The notes below the pieces were generated by a model that worked only from the letters and a program-made list of their open reading frames with translations, was not told where the DNA came from and ran no database searches. Position numbers and translations under genes: made by a program. This document shows positions 57,410 through 64,000 of a stretch of DNA of 64,000 bases, piece by piece; position 1 is the first letter of the stretch, and each line of letters opens with the position of its first letter. The stretch is from the NCBI GenBank assembly GCA_051294905.1, contig CM119380.1, positions 14,632,001 through 14,696,000 of the forward strand, read 5' to 3'. This DNA is from Botryllus schlosseri (taxonomy: Eukaryota).

Positions 57410-57820
57410 CTAGAAAACGAAATTATATCTCAAGCGCAATTTAGATTGGTTTAGACCGTACAGAAACATGAACTTAATTCTGTCCAATCTAGCAATCTCA
57501 GTATCACGAATATTCGAGTCTGTTTTATCGTCACACAACAGTTTTTCGATATCTTTGATCACGTTTTTTGCAATGACAAGAAAATTTTTTGTCCAGTCTT
57601 GTTCGAATCCTTCCATCGAAATAAGGCGGTTCCACATCGCTTGCATTTTCAAATGATCGTCCATCATGTGTTCGAAGTAAGAACCAATATCTTGACGAGG
57701 ACGCTTTCGTGAAGGTTCTTGTGGATCCAGTAGACTTTGATAGAAGGCCGACATATCGCTAATTTGTGTCATGTCTCTCTGAGTGGTGGATGCAGCTATA
57801 TCGGCTAAGTTATCATTCAT
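57410..57820 (-). CDS. Hypothetical Polinton protein, about 136 aa, possibly spliced
   Basis: Open frame preceded by a strong acceptor (TTTTGTTTGCAG at 57830); a GTAAGT donor overlaps its stop. Confidence 0.55.
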   Translation of the reverse strand: MNDNLADIAASTTQRDMTQISDMSAFYQSLLDPQEPSRKRPRQDIGSYFEHMMDDHLKMQAMWNRLISMEGFEQDWTKNFLVIAKNVIKDIEKLLCDDKTDSNIRDTEIARLDRIKFMFLYGLNQSKLRLRYNFVF

Positions 57821-57981
57821 AATGTTAAGCTGCAAACAAAATTCGAATTAGTGACAATCGTTCATGCAAAAAAATATATACATCAGCCAAGTTTTTCAGT
57901 CATAATGTCAAGGTGCAAACAAAATTCGAATTGGTAACAATCGTTCATGCAAATAACAATCGTACAAGCAAAACATATTAT

Positions 57982-59580
57982 TCAAAGACTATCATTATAA
58001 GCTGCATTTTTTCTGGTTCTGAAGCTAGATGCTCTAAGATACAGTTCTTCAGCCAAGGGATCATTCTCAACACAGCCATTAACTCCTTTAATACAAGTTT
58101 TAGTTCTCTCTATTAAATCGAACAGAACATCACGACGGGCATGTTTGTTGAAACTGACCAGAGAAGGTGAGTAAATACCCCTTCCAAATTTTACGATGAC
58201 CGTTTTAGCCCTGAACGATATAGGATGTTTGACAGTCATCAAGTCAGAGCCATTTTGTTTATCACAAAGCATGAAGCAGCAAGATGGATTAATAATCCCG
58301 TATTCACATTGCACTGCTGTACGATTTATAGTCAGAATTGTTTCCTGTAAAGCAGTATTTTCAAAGAAAAGCGTTCCGCAGTTCGGAAACACAGAAATAC
58401 ATTTTGTAGCATCATAATATTTGAAAGCTTTCAAATTTTCCAAACTCGACAGCAAATAATTTGCTGTTTCACTACCGAAAAGCATTTCGTGCAATACTTC
58501 CTTTCCAGAATGGCAATGCCCTTCCAGAAAGAAGTGTGGAGCAAGTAATTTTTCATGAGTCAAGCTTTCACCGACAGCTACTATCAGAGCGGCACGAAGA
58601 AAATTGAGACTCCGTTTCAACCCGCCATATTGTATTTCAACAATATTTTCTTCCAGATATCTATACATGACTGTTCCATCATGTATTTCTGTCATCTCTC
58701 TTAATCCAACTAGCCAACGCATGAATAAGCGATTCTTCTCATCATACTCCTGTTCTGCTTTGGTAGTGTCATGTATATGTCTTTGCATTGGCCTAAGGAC
58801 CGGAGGATCATGCTGGATCCAATATCTAGGAAAGATCCTTATTGACGATTGATCTGGCGATGATGGTATATTCGGCTTTGGTATAGAGCCAACATTAGAG
58901 TCGGAAAAACCACTTGAGATATGAGTGGAATCGGCGACAAGCTCACTGAAAGTAGGTTGCTCTGTAACTTGCGATGTGCTCTTCTCTATACGTCGCAGTA
59001 GGATTTGCTTCGCGATCTCATTGCTATCACGAGAAATTTCACCTAGCGGCTCGCTACTTTCGGCAATCGCCTCCGCACCAAGAGACAAATCCATTTCCGT
59101 GTCGGGATTGCCTACTGCTTGTCCCGAAGCTTGATGATTGACAGAAGGGGACGGATCGCTAGTCACGTTCTCAACGTCATAAACGGGTTGTTCACCTACT
59201 GGTGTTGATTGACTCAGAGGTATCAATTGATCCTTAAGTTGGGTCTCGTTGCTAATTAGCTCGATGTCATTAGCCTGTTGTTTTGATGGGGATGAATCAG
59301 TTTGGAATGCGGGACATATCTGACGTATGACAACGCGTTCGCGAAATTCTTCTTCGCTCAAAGATTTCAGAAGAACTTCTTTAGCAGATGGGATCTTCGT
59401 TATGGGTCTAAAGTATCGATCCATAGCGACGAGTTCCTCATCATCTTTATCCATTTGATCACATTTCATATGATTCGGAATTTCTACACTCAATGCATGG
59501 TCACTGCTTTCTCGGGTTGATTGGTTGCTTGGCAACTGCTGACTATCATCACCCATAATTACTTCAACTTGCAAAGACAT
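57982..59580 (-). CDS. 532-aa protein: disordered acidic N-half plus degenerate SF3-helicase-like C-half
   Basis: FFLEGHCHSGKE resembles a Walker A; downstream spacing matches SF3 motifs B, B' and C, but catalytic residues are altered. Confidence 0.55.
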   Translation of the reverse strand: MSLQVEVIMGDDSQQLPSNQSTRESSDHALSVEIPNHMKCDQMDKDDEELVAMDRYFRPITKIPSAKEVLLKSLSEEEFRERVVIRQICPAFQTDSSPSKQQANDIELISNETQLKDQLIPLSQSTPVGEQPVYDVENVTSDPSPSVNHQASGQAVGNPDTEMDLSLGAEAIAESSEPLGEISRDSNEIAKQILLRRIEKSTSQVTEQPTFSELVADSTHISSGFSDSNVGSIPKPNIPSSPDQSSIRIFPRYWIQHDPPVLRPMQRHIHDTTKAEQEYDEKNRLFMRWLVGLREMTEIHDGTVMYRYLEENIVEIQYGGLKRSLNFLRAALIVAVGESLTHEKLLAPHFFLEGHCHSGKEVLHEMLFGSETANYLLSSLENLKAFKYYDATKCISVFPNCGTLFFENTALQETILTINRTAVQCEYGIINPSCCFMLCDKQNGSDLMTVKHPISFRAKTVIVKFGRGIYSPSLVSFNKHARRDVLFDLIERTKTCIKGVNGCVENDPLAEELYLRASSFRTRKNAAYNDSL

Positions 59581-59944
59581 CTCGAATACTTTTCACTGAT
59601 TCGCTCAGATTTAGTGATAACTCATTTCACATTCGGCTAATCTTATACGAAAATGCTTCGCGCCAGAATCACATAAGAAAAATGTTCGCTCACTAACGGA
59701 CAAACATTAACCGTTAGGATTTGAAATTGTTGATAGATAGTAACAGCCCGTTCGAACAAAAGACATTCCCAACCGTCGTTTTCGCTTTGTTGGTAGAGCA
59801 AACAATGCATTGAGTGTTTGAAAAGCAATGAATAGTAGACGGTAAAACGAACCTCTATCAAATTTCTTAAAACAAAGTAAACTCAGATTGAACTCTAAAA
59901 TAAATGGAAGTGCGCGAAAGTAACGTTCGTTACAATTCATACCA

Positions 59945-60201
59945 ATACTTTCAACGAATTTTTTAACCAACAACATATTCAAACTCTGGAATGTCATAAA
60001 TTTAAATCAAAGTACGACCAATCATTTCAAAGTTGGAAATCTACCAATCAGAATACAGTATCGTGTTCTAGACCGATACTTTCAATGTATTTTTAACCAA
60101 CAACATATTCGAACTTTGGAATGTTGTAAATTTAAATCAAACGACCACCAAGCATTTCAAAGTTGAAAAATCTTCCAATCAGAATACAGCATCGCATTCT
60201 A
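59945..60201. promoter_or_regulatory. Tandem 126-bp duplication with CCAAT boxes in the divergent-promoter region
   Basis: 59945-60070 ~ 60076-60201; CCAATCAGAATACAG in both; TATAAAA at 60208-60214 ahead of the BIR gene. Confidence 0.6.
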
Positions 60202-60256
60202 CACAGCTATAAAAGCTCCCATTCTTATAAATATTTCAGTTCTTCAATATAACGAG

Positions 60257-60610
60257 ATGGTGTCTATTAAGCCGTTAGGTGCACATCAGGCAATGAAGAA
60301 TGAAGTCGGTGATATCGTTTATGAAATTTGTAATCGAAATGCGAAGCAGAACGAAGCTGTGTTTTTCAATATGAATTTTGAACGTAGATTACGTTCGTTC
60401 GAACCTTACAAAGAAAATTTCAACAGTAGTGCCTATCAATTAGCAGAATGTGGATATTTTCATCTCGGCTTCGAAAATTTAGCCAAATGCTATATGTGTG
60501 GAAAACTATTCGAAAATCTCTGTCATTGTGATAATGTATGGGTTGAGCATGAACAAGTGAATAGTCGTTGTGCTTTACTAAGTAAAAGAAATGACAAGAC
60601 TCATTCTTAA
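60257..60610 (+). CDS. Single-BIR inhibitor-of-apoptosis-like protein, 117 aa
   Basis: RRLRSF...LAECGY...exact Cx2Cx16Hx6C zinc motif (CYMC...EH...RC); no RING. Confidence 0.9.
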   Translation: MVSIKPLGAHQAMKNEVGDIVYEICNRNAKQNEAVFFNMNFERRLRSFEPYKENFNSSAYQLAECGYFHLGFENLAKCYMCGKLFENLCHCDNVWVEHEQVNSRCALLSKRNDKTHS

Positions 60611-60691
60611 TCTATTTTCTCGTGTGAGGATTCATGTTTTCACTGAATAATAATAACTATGTTGTGTTTTCTATATTAATTTAGAATCAAT

Positions 60692-61276
60692 ATGAGCATC
60701 GCAATAAGAGGTGATAGTAGAATTGTTGGTGGTCCAACAATGAAAAAAGAGTTATATGTTTTTAATAACATATCGAAGCTACGACTTGAAAGCATAAATG
60801 ATGATGTAATTGATCATCATCAATTGCGCTTACATCGTACTTCGGGTGCCATTCAACGATACAAAGCCGTCTTCACACACAAAGGGGGTCTCGTCGCGAC
60901 CTATACTCGTGATGGTGTTGAATGTTTCCAGCAGATTAACCCAGCAGACGAATTTACAATTTATTCTCCAAGTATGTTAGATTGTAAATATCTAATGAAA
61001 TTCTGTACTAATAAACTATATCTTTATATAGGTAACGTGGTACAGGATCCTGACCGTGGTCCGCTATCGTTCATTCTGCAGGAAACATCTCGCTTCATCG
61101 CAGAATCGGGACAAATCCAATCGAAAGATCATCCTCAAGCGAACTTCGCGACTAATGGCATGAATGCGGCGCCGCAAAACGCCTATTATGGAATGAATGC
61201 TGGCGTAGCGCCGCCACCGCCACCTCAATACGGACATCGCCCTGCTGGGTGGATGCAAAATTCTCAGCAATTTTAA
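60692..61276 (+). CDS. Hypothetical 194-aa protein with Pro/Gln-rich tail containing PPxY
   Basis: C-terminal APPPPPQYGHRP; AATAAA at about 61305. Confidence 0.65.
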   Translation: MSIAIRGDSRIVGGPTMKKELYVFNNISKLRLESINDDVIDHHQLRLHRTSGAIQRYKAVFTHKGGLVATYTRDGVECFQQINPADEFTIYSPSMLDCKYLMKFCTNKLYLYIGNVVQDPDRGPLSFILQETSRFIAESGQIQSKDHPQANFATNGMNAAPQNAYYGMNAGVAPPPPPQYGHRPAGWMQNSQQF

Positions 61277-61508
61277 ATTACTGGTTGAATATGTGTTAAT
61301 GGAAAATAAAATGGTAAATTCCTATTTGGTCTGAATAATAAATCTCATCCTACATTTGTGTCTCTCTCTCTATTCTTAAAGCTTTGGTGTTAGAAAAAAT
61401 TGTGTCAGAATCACGAAGCTAGTAGCTCTATATCAGAACGAGACGGTAACGAGTATGCACTGAAAGCACAACCTAACAAAGTCGAGACAAGACAATACAA
61501 ATCACCAT

Positions 61509-61706
61509 TCAATAGTTTATTTCGGTATGCGTACAGTTAGTCAAAGAATATGCTCCGATATAACGTAAAATCAATTTCATTGCTTCTTGGTCAGTAGCTA
61601 AGCAGTCCTCTTCGTGATATTTCACGCTGAAAGGGTATAACAATTCGGGAGCATCCGTTGATTTCCAATTTAGCATCAGCAAGAATAGTATGAATATTAG
61701 CTTCAT
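61509..61706 (-). CDS. Small putative secreted protein, 65 aa
   Basis: Signal-peptide-like MKLIFILFLLMLNW, two Cys, NCT sequon. Confidence 0.6.
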   Translation of the reverse strand: MKLIFILFLLMLNWKSTDAPELLYPFSVKYHEEDCLATDQEAMKLILRYIGAYSLTNCTHTEINY

Positions 61707-61870
61707 TGCCCGAAGACTTTACAGATAGCAGCTTTAAGATCGTTGCAAGCTTCTGCAATCTCGGAATCTCTTTTTTTCTTGTATATATTGATACAGCAAT
61801 AGCTTTTAATGCAAGAGCATAATATCACGTAGAACGCGATATCGGAGTCTTCACTCAGAAGTATATCCAT
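61703..61870 (-). CDS. Small Cys-rich putative membrane protein, 55 aa (below ORF-track cut-off)
   Basis: MDILLSEDSDIAFYVILCSCIKSYCCINIYKKKRD...; TATTTAAA upstream; its TGA overlaps the next ATG (ATGA). Confidence 0.55.
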   Translation of the reverse strand: MDILLSEDSDIAFYVILCSCIKSYCCINIYKKKRDSEIAEACNDLKAAICKVFGQ

Positions 61871-62007
61871 TTCTCATGTCCCACTCACTCGTAGTGGTGT
61901 TTAAATAACTACTTTTGGCGCGTTAATTCCCAACGGTAAACTCATTGAGGCATTCAAATCTGGTAACGGTAAATCAAATGGACTGTTCTCATTTTTTTCT
62001 GGTCGAG

Positions 62008-62271
62008 CTAATTCCGTGTGGTAGTACAATCATACATACAACTATTAGACAATTCATCGAGTCTCTCAATTGTAGCACATCGACCATTTTTACGAACCCA
62101 TATTTGTATCATTTGATAACATTGTTCAGTTAAGTTCTTGGGATCCGCGTATTCACAATCAGCAATTTCTAAGTCTGTTAACTTAAGTTGATCTCTAGCA
62201 AATCTTTTCCAAGTCTTGTAATGAACCCTATCTATAATGTCGTATACATCAGAAGCTGTAATCCCCGACAT
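62008..62271 (-). CDS. Stand-alone death domain protein, 87 aa
   Basis: WKRFARDQLKLTDLEI...DPKNLTEQCYQMIQIWVRKNGRCATIERL matches the death-domain helix pattern. Confidence 0.85.
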   Translation of the reverse strand: MSGITASDVYDIIDRVHYKTWKRFARDQLKLTDLEIADCEYADPKNLTEQCYQMIQIWVRKNGRCATIERLDELSNSCMYDCTTTRN

Positions 62272-62367
62272 CTTCCAATTGCAATCCTTGATTTCTTTGA
62301 TGGTATAATCTCATAAGCGACATACATATATATCGTTGTGATACACCTATTATGCGATCAGCTGACG

Positions 62368-62548
62368 CAATACAATGACGGTCACGCTCGTTATTGACAT
62401 ATATTGTCACCCATTGTCCCTATTGAAGCACTATTGATATAACTCTTTCGCGCGCTTTTCTCTGTTTGATTTGAAATTCAAAAGTAGTCACGTGATCAAA
62501 TGCTGCGATTTAATTGGTCCGCATGAGAACGTGCTGTTATATACTACT
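62368..62548 (-). repeat. Right TIR of the Polinton
   Basis: Reverse complement of 43309-43489 with one mismatch. Confidence 0.96.
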
Positions 62549-64000
62549 AATTTGTCTGTTTTTTATCGCACATTTTTGGGATGTGTTTATCAGGTTTGGT
62601 AATATCAATTTTAGTCTGTTTGCCAGGATGCCTGTTAGTATTTTGTAATCAGTGTTTAGTAGGGTCATTGGCCGCCAATTTTTGAGACACTTTGGATCTC
62701 CTTTCTTGTAGATAATAGTGGTTATACCGCATTTCCATGTGTCGCAAAGACCGCCAAAGATGTATGCGTTGTTGATGACCTCGTGAAGATCTTTTTTGAT
62801 CATACCCCAGAAGGAAGAGTAAAACTCTTTTGACAGGCCATCCGAGCCCGGAGTCTTATCGCTTTCCATTTCTTTTAAGACTTCTTGCAGTTCACTCTCC
62901 TCAATCTGGGTGTCGAGGTTATCTTTCTCTTCCTGGGATAGTCTTAGGCCGTTTAGGACACTTAGATATTTATCTTGTATCCGCGTATCCTCTTGTTTTG
63001 ATCTGGACCACAAAGCCTTATAGAAGTTTTCTATCTCGTGCATTGTTTCATCTGCACCCATGGTCTCTCTGCCGGAGTCTATTCTGATGCTCTCGAGGCT
63101 GTTTTTCTCTTTTCTTTTTTTCAACTTCTGATAAAAATATTTTGTCGGCTTCTCGTTCTGTTCGAGGTCTTTTATTTTATGCATTTTGCATTGGTGCATG
63201 ACTCTTTCGTCTTCTATTCTTTTTAGCTCTCTGATTTCTTTTGAGGCGACGTTGATGTTGTCTGTAGCGTTGTTACTGCTAGCGGTGTCGTGTTGGAGCT
63301 GCCTTATCTTTTCTTGCAGATCTTTAATTTTATTATAATCAGCGTTTTTCTTTTCGCGCTCGTATTTTTGCAGATGGATTTTGATTGCGTTTTTGGTGGT
63401 GTCCCACCATTGATAAACGTCATCATGCGTGTGTTTCTTTTTTTGACATTTTTTTAAATAGTTTTTCTATCTCTGTATGTAGAGTTTCATCTTCGTACAG
63501 GCGGGCGTTGTTCTTCCATACGCCGTATCCCCATCGCTTCTTTGTTGGCTCTTGTAGTCTAGTTTTTGTTAGGAATATATGATCCGATATCGTATTTAGT
63601 TTATAGGTACAGGTTTTGACATGAGCAAGGTACCTTTCTGAGGCATATATTCTATCTATCCTTCGTGATTGGTGGGCTTTCATTATTGTATATAGTTTTT
63701 TTGTTGGGTTACGCCATCGCCAAATATCTCTGATTTTGTATATGTCTGTGAATGTTTTCCAGTTTTTTGCTGCTGGGGTTAACTTGAAGTTTTTAACATT
63801 TTTCGAATCCAGTCTATCTTTCACCATGTTAAAGTCACCGCATATTATTGCACACTAACATACACTAACTAACATACGGAGGCTAGTTATCTATAATTGA
63901 ACAGTTTAAGATTCCGTCATTTCGTCTGAGATGTTCCAAGCAAAGGAAGAACACCTTTATTGTCACACCCCGTTAGAGTGGTAAACCCTTTAAAAAAGTA

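Larger units (their letters stand above)
43309..62548. mobile_element. Complete Polinton/Maverick (adintovirus-like) endogenous virus, 19,240 bp
   Basis: Termini AGTAGT...ACTACT, 181-bp TIRs, 6-bp TSD AATTTG (43303-43308, 62549-62554), full core gene set; removing it restores the LINE frame (KNRQI|TDILRN). Confidence 0.98.
38395..63853 (-). mobile_element. Tx1/L1-clade LINE ORF2 (APE-RT-CCHC) in three pieces: 63853-62549, 43302-42208, 39304-38395
   Basis: APE motif IICGDFN, RT motifs KTPGSDGL, WRPMTLLNTDYKIL, LDQEKAFDRI, GIRQGCPLS, QYADD, C-terminal CKFC..HILSDC, A-rich tail 38395-38426; 1-bp frameshifts near 63455 and 39090. Confidence 0.93.

Noticed and set aside
57410-59580. PCNA-binding PIP-box-like motifs (MDRYF, IGSYF, MSAFY)
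   Set aside because: None has Gln at the canonical position; too short to support.
59707-59997. 96-aa minus-strand ORF in the Polinton
   Set aside because: It starts inside the duplicated promoter module and has no recognisable motif; not supportable as a gene, though not excluded.

Overview
This is eukaryotic, most likely animal, DNA (short GT-AG introns, tRNA-derived SINE). I see no ordinary host gene; the window is a stack of nested mobile elements. (1) 1-25.4 kb: a near-identical tandem duplication (junction 10566/10567) containing a Tx1/L1-type ORF1 remnant, an apparently intact Harbinger transposon (present in copy 1, absent from copy 2 with a 3-bp-short footprint), a non-autonomous BEL-like LTR derivative, and a complete BEL/Pao retrotransposon (17972-25417, identical 512-bp LTRs, CTACT TSD, 2075-aa ORF). 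(2) 25.4-38.3 kb: an older decayed Harbinger inflated by hAT MITEs with 8-bp TSDs, a foldback element and SINEs. (3) 38.4-63.9 kb: a Tx1/L1-type LINE ORF2 split by a hAT transposon (39313-42207) and by a complete 19,240-bp Polinton/Maverick (adintovirus-like) endogenous virus (43309-62548; AGTAGT termini, 181-bp TIRs, AATTTG TSD). The Polinton core is intact: pPolB, packaging ATPase, integrase, two pentons, major capsid protein, adenain protease. The highlight is its accessory cargo in both terminal arms. The left arm carries an E2 ubiquitin-conjugating enzyme, a well-folded tRNA-Ala(UGC) gene and a metacaspase-like protease, a family animals are not known to encode. The right arm carries a single-BIR IAP-like protein, a stand-alone death domain, a PPxY protein and small membrane/secreted ORFs. 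The element also has a 54-nt intron that completes an amphipathic peptide and a degenerate SF3-helicase-like ORF. All protein assignments are by motif recognition by eye; no database search was run.
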